Notes under the pieces: generated by a model
Database searches by the model: none
Seen by the model: the letters and a program-made list of their open reading frames with translations, nothing else
Told to the model about the DNA's origin: nothing
In this document: positions 38,086 through 48,857 of the stretch, piece by piece
Layout of the letters: each line of letters opens with the position of its first letter
How positions within the stretch are numbered: position 1 is the stretch's first letter
Assembly: GCA_030649835.1 (NCBI GenBank)
Contig: JAUSES010000060.1
Location: 6,411 to 70,410 of the forward strand
Direction: 5' to 3'
Length of the DNA: 64,000 nt
DNA from: a bacterium
Lineage (GTDB): Bacteria; Patescibacteriota; Minisyncoccia; Phycocordibacterales; UBA1550
Made by a program: the position numbers and the translations under genes

Positions 38086-39339
38086 ATGAAAACGCTCACA
38101 AAAAGTATGAGTTTTTTGAGATCTATCTTTCCAAAAACTTTCTCGAGTATTGGAACAGTAGCCGTCATCATTGTGACTGTTGTTGTATCCGCTGGTAGCA
38201 TTTCGTACTTTTTTTCACAAACAATCAAGCAATACATCATTGAGGAAGAAACGAATATAGTTTTTGAACTTATTGCAAAGCAGGCAGAAAAACACCTGGA
38301 ACACGTTGGAATTACCTCAACTTTCCTCGTGGAAGAAAATGACGAATCCAAAGAAATATTTAGTGATCTTAACTTTGAGCTTTCCCAATCATTGAAGTCG
38401 ATATCTGCAATGAAACTATTTACGCCTCAAGGAAAACTTATCTGGGCAAGTCTCCCAACTGATGAAATCGGTAAGTACAGCGAAACAGAGGAAATCGCTG
38501 GGGCAATAAGCAAAGGACGGCTTGTTAAAAATGCTGATTATACATCCGCTGACGACTCCGCACTACAGGAAACACTTAATCTTTTTGTACCAATAAAAGA
38601 CGTGAGTGGGAACCCTATCGCAGTAGTTGAGGTATATTTTGATACAAGCAGTGTTGCATCATACACAGACAGTGTTGGAAAATTTCTTTGGAGCATTACG
38701 ATTGTAACGGTCGTCGTTATATACCTAATTTTACACTATACACTTAGACGACAAGATGAGAAGTTGGTTGCTCAATCAACTGAACTTCAAAGAATAATCG
38801 ATAAATCGCCAATAGGTATTTACACTATAAACAAACGAGGTAATATCGAGACATACAACCCTGCGATGATGCAAATATCTGGTATCAATGACGCAAAGGA
38901 AACAATTGGAAAAAACGTTTTTGATGCTGAGGCATACAAAAAATGCGGTCTGGATGTGCTTCTTCATGGGAGTACAGAGGGGATACCCTTTGAAACTGAA
39001 GTTGAGATTGAGTCCTCACTGAGAGACCACAAAAAAACGTGGCGACACTACTACGGTGTACCAATTAAAAATCAAGGTGGTGATCTTGAGCGCGTACTCG
39101 TTATGGTTGAGGATGTGACGAAACAAAAAGACCTAGAAAAACAAGTGCGCGAGGATGAGGAAGGCCTCGAGAATAAAATAAAAAGTCGCACAAGAGAGCT
39201 GGGCGAGAAACTTGATGAGCTTCAGCGCTTTCATCGACTAACCGTTGACCGTGAACTTAGGATGGTAGAGCTTAAAAAACAAATGGAAAAAATGCGCATC
39301 AAAATTAAAGAACTCGAAGACAATAGAAACCTACCATAA
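38086..39339 (+). CDS. Membrane sensor protein with a PAS domain and a C-terminal coiled coil. No kinase domain was seen.
   Basis: The N-terminus has a TM helix. 'SPIGIYTINKRGNIETYNPAMMQISG' is PAS-like. The C-terminus is a heptad-rich coiled coil. The ORF track extends it 5' to 37951, overlapping the preceding gene. Confidence 0.55.
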   Translation: MKTLTKSMSFLRSIFPKTFSSIGTVAVIIVTVVVSAGSISYFFSQTIKQYIIEEETNIVFELIAKQAEKHLEHVGITSTFLVEENDESKEIFSDLNFELSQSLKSISAMKLFTPQGKLIWASLPTDEIGKYSETEEIAGAISKGRLVKNADYTSADDSALQETLNLFVPIKDVSGNPIAVVEVYFDTSSVASYTDSVGKFLWSITIVTVVVIYLILHYTLRRQDEKLVAQSTELQRIIDKSPIGIYTINKRGNIETYNPAMMQISGINDAKETIGKNVFDAEAYKKCGLDVLLHGSTEGIPFETEVEIESSLRDHKKTWRHYYGVPIKNQGGDLERVLVMVEDVTKQKDLEKQVREDEEGLENKIKSRTRELGEKLDELQRFHRLTVDRELRMVELKKQMEKMRIKIKELEDNRNLP

Positions 39340-39350
39340 CGGCCCAAACG

Positions 39351-42074
39351 ATGAGCAACAAAACAGAAAAAATACTCCATGAAAACTCACCTGAGCGTGC
39401 TGGCAATAATACTAATGAAGGCCTAGCATCAGATACAGTCAATCTACTATTACTTTTGGGGAAAAGTGAGGGAGATTTTGCTCTCCAAACAATGGGGACC
39501 ACAAGCGATGGTTTACCAATAAATGAGGTAGCGAGTCGTCTAAGTACCTATGGGAAAAATGAAGTAGCACATAAAATGCCTCCACCCTGGTGGGCTCAGT
39601 TTCTCAAAGCGTTTGTAAATCCATTTATCATTATACTTTTTGTTATTGGTATAACATCTTTTATTACAGATATTTTCCTTGCTCACGGAGAAAGTGATTG
39701 GACAAAAATTATTCTCATCTCCATAATGATACTCCTCAGCGGATCCCTCCGTTTTTGGCAAGAATTTCGGTCAGAAAAGGAAGCACAGAAGCTTAAGGCG
39801 CTCGTACAAAACAAGGCGCTGGTTCAAAGAACATCCTGGGGGGACAATGTGGACGAAAAAAAGAGGGAGATTGTCGTTTCAAATCTTGTCCCCGGAGATA
39901 TCGTTCATCTTTCTGCAGGAGATATGGTTCCGGCAGACATGCGTCTCATTTCCTCGGATGATTTTTTTGTGAGTCAATCTGCTCTCACAGGAGAATCCAA
40001 CCCTGTTGAAAAGTTTTCAATCCCACACACAGATCGTGAATGGGCTGAGGCACAAAAAGACTATGATGCAAATAACCCCCTTGAGCTCAACACGCTCTGT
40101 TTTTTAGGAACGAGTGTGGTAAGTGGATATGCGTCAGGCGTCGTCATCACCACGGGTGATCAAACATATTTTGGGTCACTTTCAAAAAATATTACCGGGG
40201 AGCGAGCACTCACCAGCTTTGACAAGGGGGTGAGCAAGGTAAGCTACGTGCTCATTTCTTTCATGCTTGTCATGGTGCCACTTGTTTTTATTTTAAATAT
40301 ATTCACAAAAAACAACTGGCATGATGCTTTTTTCTTTGCGCTTGCGGTGGCAGTTGGTCTAACACCCGAAATGCTCCCTTTAGTGATTACGACCAACCTC
40401 GCAAAGGGTGCGTTCAACATGAGCAAAAAGCGTGTAATTGTTAAAAAACTTAATGCAATTCAAAATTTTGGCGCTATGGATGTTTTTTGTACAGACAAAA
40501 CAGGTACGATAACTGAAAATAGAGTAGTTTTGGTCCGTTACCTAGACTCCGTGGGCAAAGAGAGTGGGCGTGTACTTGGTATCGCTTATCTTAACAGCTA
40601 CTTTCAAACAGGACTCAAAAACCTCGTAGACCAGGCAGTAATAGAGCGAATGGAAAACGAACATCGCGGTAAGGAAGCGCTCGAGTATCACAAAATAGAC
40701 GAGATTCCTTTTGATTTTACGAGGCGAAGAATTTCGTTAGTTGTAGAAAAAGATAAGGAGCGACTCTTCATATGCAAGGGGGCCGTTGAAGAAGTTCTAA
40801 AACTTTGTACAAAAGTTGAACAGGACGGAAAAATAATTGACATTAGCGACCTCACCCGCGACAACGCCTCTCTTTTTACAAGAAACCTAAACTCAGATGG
40901 ACTTCGCGTCATTGCGGTGGCATATAAAAAAGTATCCGCTGAAAAGAATATTTACTCTACGAATGACGAGAGGGATCTGATCTTGGTTGGATATGTAGGT
41001 TTTCTTGATCCACCAAAAGCATCAGCAAAAGATTCACTCAGGCTTCTCAAAGACAGTGGTATTCAGGTTAAAATTATAACAGGCGACAATGAAGTAGTGA
41101 CCACCCGTGTCTGTAAAGACGTTGACCTTGGGGATGGTGAAATGCTATTGGGAAGTGACCTCTCAAAATTGACCGACGCAGAGCTCGCCCTAAAGGTTGA
41201 TGCGACGAATATTTTTGCAAAAATTGATCCGCTTCAAAAAGCGCGTATTATTCGCGCTTTAAAAAGCAATGGTCATACCGTCGGCTTTATGGGTGACGGT
41301 ATCAACGATGCCGCAGCGATGCGTGCCGCTGATGTTGGTATCTCCGTTGACACTGCGGTCGATATTGCGAAGGAAGCCGCGGATATTATTTTACTTGAAA
41401 ATGATCTGCATGTATTGAGCGGAGGGGTACTAGAGGGTCGTATGGTATTTGGAAATATTATGAAGTACATTAAGATGACTTCGAGTTCTAACTTTGGTAA
41501 CGTCATCAGCATCCTCGTTGCGAGCGCATTTCTTCCTTTCCTCCCGATGCTCCCTGTTCAACTTCTAATCCAAAATCTTCTGTATGATTTCTCTCAAATG
41601 TCACTCCCGTGGGACCGGATGGATGCGGAGTTTCTTGAGAAACCCAGAAAATGGGACGCAGGGGGCATAGTTCGGTTTATGTTTTTTGTTGGCCCGGTAA
41701 GCTCCGTCTTTGACATCATCACCTTCCTAACCCTCTGGTTTGTATTTAGCGCAAATGCACCTGAGGTGCAGTCCTTGTTCCAATCTGGCTGGTTCATAGA
41801 GGGGCTCATTTCACAGACACTCATCATTCATATGATACGTACACAAAAGATTCCTTTCTTGCAAAGCACGGCTACCCGCCCCGTAGTCCTCTCCACACTT
41901 GCTATTATCCTTGCGGGGGCGATCCTCCCCTTCACATCCATAGGAGGAAGCGTGGGATTTCAAGGATTACCTATGGTCTACTTTGTATTTCTTGGAGCGG
42001 TGCTTCTTGCCTACTGTATCGCTATACAATTAGTTAAAACATTATATATACGGAAGTTCAAAATTTGGTTATAA
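39351..42074 (+). CDS. mgtA: Magnesium-translocating P-type ATPase (MgtA/MgtB-like).
   Basis: 'CTDKTGTITEN' is the phosphorylation site. 'GDGINDAAAMRAADVGISV' is the hinge motif. The protein is 907 aa with about 10 TM helices. Confidence 0.85.
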   Translation: MSNKTEKILHENSPERAGNNTNEGLASDTVNLLLLLGKSEGDFALQTMGTTSDGLPINEVASRLSTYGKNEVAHKMPPPWWAQFLKAFVNPFIIILFVIGITSFITDIFLAHGESDWTKIILISIMILLSGSLRFWQEFRSEKEAQKLKALVQNKALVQRTSWGDNVDEKKREIVVSNLVPGDIVHLSAGDMVPADMRLISSDDFFVSQSALTGESNPVEKFSIPHTDREWAEAQKDYDANNPLELNTLCFLGTSVVSGYASGVVITTGDQTYFGSLSKNITGERALTSFDKGVSKVSYVLISFMLVMVPLVFILNIFTKNNWHDAFFFALAVAVGLTPEMLPLVITTNLAKGAFNMSKKRVIVKKLNAIQNFGAMDVFCTDKTGTITENRVVLVRYLDSVGKESGRVLGIAYLNSYFQTGLKNLVDQAVIERMENEHRGKEALEYHKIDEIPFDFTRRRISLVVEKDKERLFICKGAVEEVLKLCTKVEQDGKIIDISDLTRDNASLFTRNLNSDGLRVIAVAYKKVSAEKNIYSTNDERDLILVGYVGFLDPPKASAKDSLRLLKDSGIQVKIITGDNEVVTTRVCKDVDLGDGEMLLGSDLSKLTDAELALKVDATNIFAKIDPLQKARIIRALKSNGHTVGFMGDGINDAAAMRAADVGISVDTAVDIAKEAADIILLENDLHVLSGGVLEGRMVFGNIMKYIKMTSSSNFGNVISILVASAFLPFLPMLPVQLLIQNLLYDFSQMSLPWDRMDAEFLEKPRKWDAGGIVRFMFFVGPVSSVFDIITFLTLWFVFSANAPEVQSLFQSGWFIEGLISQTLIIHMIRTQKIPFLQSTATRPVVLSTLAIILAGAILPFTSIGGSVGFQGLPMVYFVFLGAVLLAYCIAIQLVKTLYIRKFKIWL

Positions 42075-43597
42075 TGACATATCTATATATGAAATTTTCA
42101 AATAAACAAATTGTCTGGGGTGCCATTATATTTATGATTATCATTGTAGGTTTTTTTTCATTTACAAACAAAAAAACCGTTGTGCTCCAAGCCACGGTAG
42201 CGGTGAAACGAGGCGCAGTCGTTCAGGAAGTTAGTGTTACTGGGCGTGTAAAACCCACACGTGCAGTTGACCTTGGTTTTGAAAAAAGTGGACGGGTGTC
42301 GAGGGTTTATGTACATGTGGGAAATTATATAGACCAGGGAGCTGTGCTTGCTGAAATAAATTCTTCTGACGCAGAAGGAGGGTTGCTCGAAGCTGAGGCT
42401 CGTCTCACCGAGCTAAAGCGCGGATCCCGCCCCGAGGAGATTGCAGTAAAGGAAGCGGAGCTTAAGAAATATATTCAAGATTTGAATAATAGTTTTGTGG
42501 GTATTTCTGACATTATCAATGATGCAAGCAACAAAGCTGATGATGCGCTTCATTCAAAAACAGCAGGTGTGTTTTCCGGATTTAAAACATCATCATATAA
42601 ATATGCTTTCTCGGTATGTGATAGTCAGCTTGCGATAAGTGGCGAGTGGCTCCGTCTCACTGAAGAAACAAATCTTGATCTATGGCGTAGTGAGATTGCT
42701 TCCCTCCCTATATCCCCCTCAAACGTAGATCTCGAGGCATCTCTTGATCGCGCGGGAAAACACCTTGAGTCTTTGAAATTATTTCTTGAAAATGTGAATC
42801 GCGCGCTCACCCTAGACTGCACCATTGCCAACACTGCTCTTGATACCTATCGCACCAATATCAGCACCGCACGCACAAACATCACTACTGCACTTTTGAA
42901 CGTGAATACGAGAAAGCAGTCCATAGCGACACTTTCGCTCGCTGTTTCCAAGGTGCGCGATGAACTTTCACTTCTCAAAGCAGGTACCGCAAGTGAAGTA
43001 GTGGCTGCCCAGGAAGCCCGAGTACTTTCTGCTCGAGGCGAGCTTACAAAATATCGCATCACTGCACCTATTGCCGGCATCGTGACAAAAATAGACATAA
43101 AAGCTGGTGAAATGTCTTCAGCGGGTAAAATAGTATTCTCTATCATCTCTAATGCTTCATTCCAAATTGAGGCAAATGTTCCTGAAGCAGATATTGCAAA
43201 GATAAAAATTGGAGACCGTGCATCGATCACCCTCGATGCATACGGGTCAGATGAACATTTTGAAGCACGTGTCTCAGCTATTGACCCCGCAGAGACAGTT
43301 ATTGATAATGTTCCTACTTATAAAGTTACGCTTCATTTTTCAAAAAACGATGCACGAATAAAGTCGGGGATGACCGCAAATATTGATATATCGACAGCTT
43401 CCAGAGAACAGGTGCTCCTTATCCCCGAGCGGTCTGTCATTGTCAAAGACGGCGCAAGGTTTGTTCGCAAAACGCTTCCCGACGGTGCAACAAGCGATGT
43501 CCCGATAGCTGTCGGGCTCAAAGGATCAGATGGATCTATAGAAATACTTTCGGGAATCGAAGAAGGCACATCCATAATAATGGCACCAAAGGACTAG
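42065..43597 (+). CDS. Periplasmic adaptor subunit (HlyD/MacA-like) with a long coiled coil.
   Basis: It has an N-terminal TM helix, a biotinyl-lipoyl-like hairpin halves, a long alpha-helical region and a C-terminal beta-barrel with 'TSIIMAPKD'. Confidence 0.7.
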   Translation: MVIMTYLYMKFSNKQIVWGAIIFMIIIVGFFSFTNKKTVVLQATVAVKRGAVVQEVSVTGRVKPTRAVDLGFEKSGRVSRVYVHVGNYIDQGAVLAEINSSDAEGGLLEAEARLTELKRGSRPEEIAVKEAELKKYIQDLNNSFVGISDIINDASNKADDALHSKTAGVFSGFKTSSYKYAFSVCDSQLAISGEWLRLTEETNLDLWRSEIASLPISPSNVDLEASLDRAGKHLESLKLFLENVNRALTLDCTIANTALDTYRTNISTARTNITTALLNVNTRKQSIATLSLAVSKVRDELSLLKAGTASEVVAAQEARVLSARGELTKYRITAPIAGIVTKIDIKAGEMSSAGKIVFSIISNASFQIEANVPEADIAKIKIGDRASITLDAYGSDEHFEARVSAIDPAETVIDNVPTYKVTLHFSKNDARIKSGMTANIDISTASREQVLLIPERSVIVKDGARFVRKTLPDGATSDVPIAVGLKGSDGSIEILSGIEEGTSIIMAPKD

Positions 43598-43658
43598 CTC
43601 CCTGTGGCAAAGCCACCCACCTAAATTCTAAATTCAAAATTCTATATCCTATTCTTGT

Positions 43659-44381
43659 ATGCCCCTCATAGAAGTAACAAATCTCGAAAAAACATACGTA
43701 AACGATGACGTAGAAACGCCCGTGCTTCATGGTGTTTCATTTAATATAGAACGTGGAGAGTTTGTGGCTCTTATGGGGCCTTCTGGTTCTGGAAAATCCA
43801 CCCTGCTTCACGTGCTTGGTTTTCTTGATGGGTATACGAGTGGTTCATATCGCTTTGATGGAAAGGAAGCAAGCACATACGAGGGTGACGCCACAGCTTT
43901 GATACGTAATAAAAAGTTGGGTTTTATTTTTCAGTCCTTCAATCTTCTTCCTCATGCAAGTGTGAGCGAAAACGTTGCCCTTCCCCTTCTCTATTCAGAT
44001 GTCCCTGAAAATGAGTGGGCGAAGCGTACGATAGATGCGATCGAAATAGTAGGTCTTACGCACCGCAGGGACTACGACACGACGCGCCTTTCTGGTGGAG
44101 AGAAACAACGAGTGGCTATTGCTCGAGCGCTTGTCTGTAACCCCGAGGTGATATTTGCCGATGAGCCAACAGGAAATCTTGACTCAAAATCAGGTGGAGC
44201 GATAATGGAGACCTTACAAAATCTCAACGAAAAGCACGGACACACTATTATCCTTATCACCCACGAAACATACACAGCGGAACATGCAGGACGTATTATT
44301 CGTATCAAAGATGGATTAATTGAGAGCGATACTATTGTTACCAAAAGACGACATACTGATGGTGGTGTTCTAAAAAAATAA
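43659..44381 (+). CDS. ABC transporter ATP-binding protein (MacB/LolD-like).
   Basis: Walker A 'GPSGSGKST', signature '[15 protein letters not shown]' and Walker B '[11 protein letters not shown]'. Confidence 0.9.
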   Translation: MPLIEVTNLEKTYVNDDVETPVLHGVSFNIERGEFVALMGPSGSGKSTLLHVLGFLDGYTSGSYRFDGKEASTYEGDATALIRNKKLGFIFQSFNLLPHASVSENVALPLLYSDVPENEWAKRTIDAIEIVGLTHRRDYDTTRLSGGEKQRVAIARALVCNPEVIFADEPTGNLDSKSGGAIMETLQNLNEKHGHTIILITHETYTAEHAGRIIRIKDGLIESDTIVTKRRHTDGGVLKK

Positions 44382-44385
44382 GGTC

Positions 44386-45621
44386 ATGCGCTTAAAACAC
44401 AGCATCAAAACTGCATACAACGGGCTTGCGCAAAATGCTGCGCGCTCTTTGCTTACCATTCTTGGTATCGTTATCGGTGTTACGGCAATTATTCTTGTCA
44501 TGTCTTTGGGGCAAGGCGCGCAGAACCTTATCCTAGACCAGGTAAAAGGCATGGGGACACGCACGGTTATTGTCGGTGGGGGTCGGGAGCCGACGGGCCC
44601 ATCTGACGCAGGACAGATATTTAACGACTCACTTAAGAAACGAGACTTAGAATTTTTGGAGCGTCGTGAAAATACGCCAAGCCTCAAATATGTCATGCCA
44701 CTTGTGTTTGGCGCGTCGGGTGCTTCATATCAGAGCGATACGTTTAATCTCACCATTTTTGGCGCATCACCCCTCATGGAAAAGATTTTTGATATGCCTA
44801 TTAAAGATGGGGTGTTTTTCACCGATGAGGATGTTCGCGCGCGTGCAAAGTATGTAATCATTGGAAACAAGGTAAAAAAAGAGCTTTTTGGGAGCGACAC
44901 CGCCGTAGGAAAAATAATAAAGATGAAAGGCAATAATTTCCGAGTTATTGGCGTGCTCGCTGAGCGAGGTCAGGATTTTTTCAACTTTGATGAAGCGGCA
45001 ATAATCCCCTACACGACAGCGCAGGACTATGTGCTTGGCATCAAACATTTTACGCGCTTCATCACTGAGGCACAAAGCGAGGCGCTCATTAGCTCTGCCG
45101 CAGAAGAAATCAAAATCACTCTTCGTGAAGCACACGATCTCACTGGTGACGAAAAGGATGATTTTTTTGTCATTACACAAGTAGACCTTGCTAGTCGCCT
45201 TTCTTCTATCACCTCCGTCCTTACGATTTTCCTCGCGGCAGTAGCTGCTATATCCCTCGTCGTTGGGGGTATTGGCATCATGAATATCATGCTTGTCTCG
45301 GTAACCGAACGCACAAAGGAAATTGGGCTTCGTAAGGCTCTCGGAGCAACTCAAAAAAATATCCTCACGCAGTTTCTGCTTGAGGCAGTGATGCTTACGG
45401 GTATTGGAGGGGTAGTAGGAATACTTTTGGGCGCATTTCTTTCATGGGGAGTCTCTCTCGCTATCAGAACATTTACTTCCATTGTGTGGACATTTAGCTT
45501 CCCTGTTTCAGCAGCACTTCTTGGAATTGGTGTTTCTGCCTTGATTGGCTTAATTTTTGGCCTCTACCCCGCACGCAATGCCGCACAAAAAAACCCTATT
45601 GACGCATTGCGATATGAGTAG
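44386..45621 (+). CDS. ABC transporter permease (MacB_PCD plus FtsX domain).
   Basis: It has an N-terminal TM helix, a periplasmic domain and a C-terminal 4-TM FtsX-like region with 'ISLVVGGIGIMNIMLVSVTERTKEIG'. Confidence 0.85.
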   Translation: MRLKHSIKTAYNGLAQNAARSLLTILGIVIGVTAIILVMSLGQGAQNLILDQVKGMGTRTVIVGGGREPTGPSDAGQIFNDSLKKRDLEFLERRENTPSLKYVMPLVFGASGASYQSDTFNLTIFGASPLMEKIFDMPIKDGVFFTDEDVRARAKYVIIGNKVKKELFGSDTAVGKIIKMKGNNFRVIGVLAERGQDFFNFDEAAIIPYTTAQDYVLGIKHFTRFITEAQSEALISSAAEEIKITLREAHDLTGDEKDDFFVITQVDLASRLSSITSVLTIFLAAVAAISLVVGGIGIMNIMLVSVTERTKEIGLRKALGATQKNILTQFLLEAVMLTGIGGVVGILLGAFLSWGVSLAIRTFTSIVWTFSFPVSAALLGIGVSALIGLIFGLYPARNAAQKNPIDALRYE

Positions 45622-45632
45622 GTAGCAACTAA

Positions 45633-46172
45633 CTAATTTGTAATCTCGCTCCACACCGCAGACGTTACTTCGCCATTGCCCGCGACTCCATTGTCTAAAG
45701 TGACACTGACACTGAGGGACCTTTTGCTTCCTTTCATAATACCTTTTGCTGTAATAATTTTTGGGTCACCAGTAATCCCAGATCCTGCGCTCACAGAAAC
45801 TTTTGCACAGTCGTTATTTAATGCGCATCCATTTGCGCTAAAATCAATAGTATAACAATCAGCGCTAGCGCATGTATAATTTTTGTTACGCGCTATTCGG
45901 ATAAGTGCGTCTCGAGCACCAGCTTCTGCATAAAATTGCGCGCGGGAGGATTGTGCTCCTCCTTGAGATACAAAAAGCTCCGTAAGCGAAAGCGTGGTGA
46001 TGCTCACAGTAACAACAAGCGCGAGCACTCCTAAAATCATCACTGTTGGTAATGTTGCCACTCCACGGGAAAAACGAGGGGGAACGAGGGGGAACGAGGG
46101 GGAACGAAAGAACACAAAAAAGATGCGGTCGCGGTTTGATTTTTTTATGAAATTTTTTTTGTCCATGGTCAT
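45633..46172 (-). CDS. PilX-like / minor pilin-like protein.
   Basis: 'SRG|VATLPTVMILGVLALVVTV' is a prepilin-like hydrophobic N-terminus. The leader is Pro/Ser-rich ('SPSFPLVPPRFSRG') and is encoded by 'gggggaacga' repeats. Confidence 0.5.
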   Translation of the reverse strand: MTMDKKNFIKKSNRDRIFFVFFRSPSFPLVPPRFSRGVATLPTVMILGVLALVVTVSITTLSLTELFVSQGGAQSSRAQFYAEAGARDALIRIARNKNYTCASADCYTIDFSANGCALNNDCAKVSVSAGSGITGDPKIITAKGIMKGSKRSLSVSVTLDNGVAGNGEVTSAVWSEITN

Positions 46173-46208
46173 TTGTTAATTGTTTCCATTGTTCTCGCTG
46201 TTGACCTG

Positions 46209-46790
46209 TTATCTAAGTGTTATGGTTGTTCGCGATGTGTCAGAATATGTCCAGTCAGTACTTGACGCATTATAGCGCATTGTCATTTCAATGAGTACCG
46301 CTGTTGTGGTGGCATTTAGAATAGAATTATAATTTTCAAAACGAGTAAACACGGGCATTTCCGCCCACACGCTACTTCCGTTTATTGGCTCAGGGGTGCC
46401 CGCGTTTACCGTACGGCGAAGTACTCCACCTACAACGTCGTACATAACTATGTTTCCTGAAACAGTAACACTCAAAGTACTCGCAGGTGTTCCAAGGAGT
46501 GGTGTTGTTACGGTCTGTGCGTTTTTAATATCCTGCTTGATAACCTGATTAGCAAAACGTACTGCACTATTGACCTCGCTCCGCGCTTCTGACTGTCCAC
46601 GACCTTTTGCGAGTGAAATGAAGGCATTTGCTACAATCACTACCAACACAGAGAGAATAGCAACGTAAATTAGGAGTTCAAGTAGCGAGACCCCTCTCTG
46701 GGGAGAATGGGGAATGGAGAATGGGGAATTTTCATTCTCTATTTTCTTTTCTCCACTATTCATTCCTATTTTAGATGTTTTGTATTTCAT
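46209..46790 (-). CDS. Prepilin-type N-terminal cleavage/methylation domain protein (minor pilin/pseudopilin).
   Basis: '...SPFSIPHSPQRG|VSLLELLIYVAILSVLVVIV' is a class III signal with Glu at +5. Confidence 0.65.
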   Translation of the reverse strand: MKYKTSKIGMNSGEKKIENENSPFSIPHSPQRGVSLLELLIYVAILSVLVVIVANAFISLAKGRGQSEARSEVNSAVRFANQVIKQDIKNAQTVTTPLLGTPASTLSVTVSGNIVMYDVVGGVLRRTVNAGTPEPINGSSVWAEMPVFTRFENYNSILNATTTAVLIEMTMRYNASSTDWTYSDTSRTTITLR

Positions 46791-46878
46791 ATTTATTGTT
46801 TCCCTTCCCCCATCTGCCCATTCCCTCCCTTTCCCCCTCTCTCCCCATTCACCATTCTCTCTTCCTTTCCCTGTATTT

Positions 46879-48177
46879 TTACGGTGCCCAGTTTACTACC
46901 ACGTCACTCACCTTAGGACTTGCGCCCCCGCTCGCAGTGCAGTCTGCTGAGCAAATTTGTATTCTATAGCGAAAATATCTTTTGTTGTTTTGCGACTGAC
47001 GAGCCGAACAAGCTATTTCAACAGGTTTACCGGGCCCACCACCGAGGCCTGAGGTGCCCGTGTCATACCATGACGAAGTATTGCACGTTGCTCCACCATC
47101 GCTACTGCCATAAAAAGTCCACGGCCCCGTATCACTATCTGAAGTAGCAACTTGAAATTGGACTTTTCCTGTTCCTTCTGTCCCCTTCCACATGATTGAG
47201 TTATACGCTGGACCTTGGTCGGCTCCTACGGTCACAAACGTATCAAGTACAGCCGAGGAGAGCTCTCCCGTAGGAGGAAGTCCTGTACAAACTGCAGGTT
47301 TGTATTTATGAGTTTCTTCCAACTTTATTCCTAATCCATAAATCGTAATATCAGTGGGATTGAAATTGAGCACATGGGGGTAGGATCCTGCTGAGGTTGG
47401 GTTTATTGTATCTACGGGGTCCTTATAGTCGATCTCAAATGGTGTGGGAACACCTCCTGTACTAGGCAGAGTAAACGTTTTTTCGGTAGCAGGAATGTTA
47501 TCGATCATAAAAGTTATTGTTCCGCTAGTGACACTTTCATATACCCCGGACGCAGTAAAGCGAAGCGATTTTATTGCTGGAGTAATTCCTGAAAGATTGT
47601 CTCCAATAAAAAGTGTAAACGGAAACTCTGTATTTACTGAAAGTGGAGCATCTGAATCACCAATCATTGATTCTGTCGTTTTGACCTTAAGGTTAGTTGG
47701 CCAGCCGTCTGCACATGTGGGAGGCACGTATCGGTGAGTTTCTTCCATCTTAATACTCATGCCGTACATAGTAACACCGGAATTTATATCAAACGTATAG
47801 GTATACGAGCCGGGAGTAGAGGGGTTAATTTTGCCTGAGTGATCTTTATAGTTAATCTCAAACGGCGTTGGTGTCCCCCCTACGTTGGGGAGCGTAACTA
47901 TTTTTGAGGTGCCAGAGTCATTGTCTATCATCGCCTCTACGGTGCCAACACCTGTGTAAACACCCGACACAGTGAAGTGGATTGATTTTAGCGGGTTTAC
48001 CACACCCGAAAGATCGTCCCCAATATAGAGCGTGAATAGGTATGACTGCGAGCCTATAAAAGTAGCATCTTCGCTCGCTATAAGTGTCTCTGTGGTTTTG
48101 ACTTGGTCAACGGCGAAAACAGAGTGCGCAATGATTCCAAAGCTGATTATAAAGAGTGTTGTGCGAAATATCTTCAT
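46879..48177 (-). CDS. Secreted protein with a two-fold internal repeat, a possible pilus-associated protein.
   Basis: It has a signal peptide. The units 'TFTLPNVGGTPTPFEINYKDHSG...' and 'TFTLPSTGGVPTPFEIDYKDPVD...' are duplicated. Confidence 0.5.
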   Translation of the reverse strand: MKIFRTTLFIISFGIIAHSVFAVDQVKTTETLIASEDATFIGSQSYLFTLYIGDDLSGVVNPLKSIHFTVSGVYTGVGTVEAMIDNDSGTSKIVTLPNVGGTPTPFEINYKDHSGKINPSTPGSYTYTFDINSGVTMYGMSIKMEETHRYVPPTCADGWPTNLKVKTTESMIGDSDAPLSVNTEFPFTLFIGDNLSGITPAIKSLRFTASGVYESVTSGTITFMIDNIPATEKTFTLPSTGGVPTPFEIDYKDPVDTINPTSAGSYPHVLNFNPTDITIYGLGIKLEETHKYKPAVCTGLPPTGELSSAVLDTFVTVGADQGPAYNSIMWKGTEGTGKVQFQVATSDSDTGPWTFYGSSDGGATCNTSSWYDTGTSGLGGGPGKPVEIACSARQSQNNKRYFRYRIQICSADCTASGGASPKVSDVVVNWAP

Positions 48178-48183
48178 AATAAA

Positions 48184-48852
48184 TTAGCGAACAAGCATAG
48201 TTGTGTTGCCCAGTGAAGTAGAAAGACCATATTGCCAAATTTTTCCATCCTCACTATAGAAAAAAATGAGTGAATTTAATGCTGCATCAGAAAACTGTGA
48301 CAGAGCCTGTATGGAAATAATTGCATCCCTTGAATCATACCAATTCCTAGGAAGAATGTACCCAGTCGATGTAGTTTCAGTTTCCCTTTGTACAGTGATT
48401 GAGTTACCCTGAATAATTATCTCATACCCTTTCTTTTTCAATTTCGATCCAAAAGCAAACTGCCATGCACTACTTTTCCCTTGAAGTGTTACAGTCCCGA
48501 GAGACTTAACAAAGATAAGACTTGCATCATTTGACCATTTTTTTGCATCAACAACCGCTACATCAAAGGCATTTTTCAATGTAAATATAGCGTCTGGAAC
48601 TACAATCTCGTCACCTTTCATCTTTGGGACAAGAGGTACATTGTAACCACTTAATACAAACGTTCGCCCACCACCTACCGTAATCTTTTCGGTTTCTGGG
48701 ACGACAATTTTATCATTAACAACTTTCGGCTTTTCAAAAAAATTCACCGCTTTTTTAAACGAGGGTGATTTGCTCGAGAGAAATTCACCAGTTGCTAAGG
48801 CAACGATGATAATTATGGATGCAATAATAATTTTTATATATTTATTTATCAT
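48184..48852 (-). CDS. Membrane-anchored hypothetical protein.
   Basis: It has an N-terminal TM helix. The ORF is 222 aa. Confidence 0.45.
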   Translation of the reverse strand: MINKYIKIIIASIIIIVALATGEFLSSKSPSFKKAVNFFEKPKVVNDKIVVPETEKITVGGGRTFVLSGYNVPLVPKMKGDEIVVPDAIFTLKNAFDVAVVDAKKWSNDASLIFVKSLGTVTLQGKSSAWQFAFGSKLKKKGYEIIIQGNSITVQRETETTSTGYILPRNWYDSRDAIISIQALSQFSDAALNSLIFFYSEDGKIWQYGLSTSLGNTTMLVR

Positions 48853-48857
48853 ATTTC

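Noticed and set aside
46700-46970. ORFs 46707..46916, 46714..46950 and 46775..46969 encoding Pro/Ser/Phe-rich peptides
   Set aside because: They are translations of the C/T-rich arm of the palindromic repeat upstream of the prepilin gene. They show low complexity and no start context.
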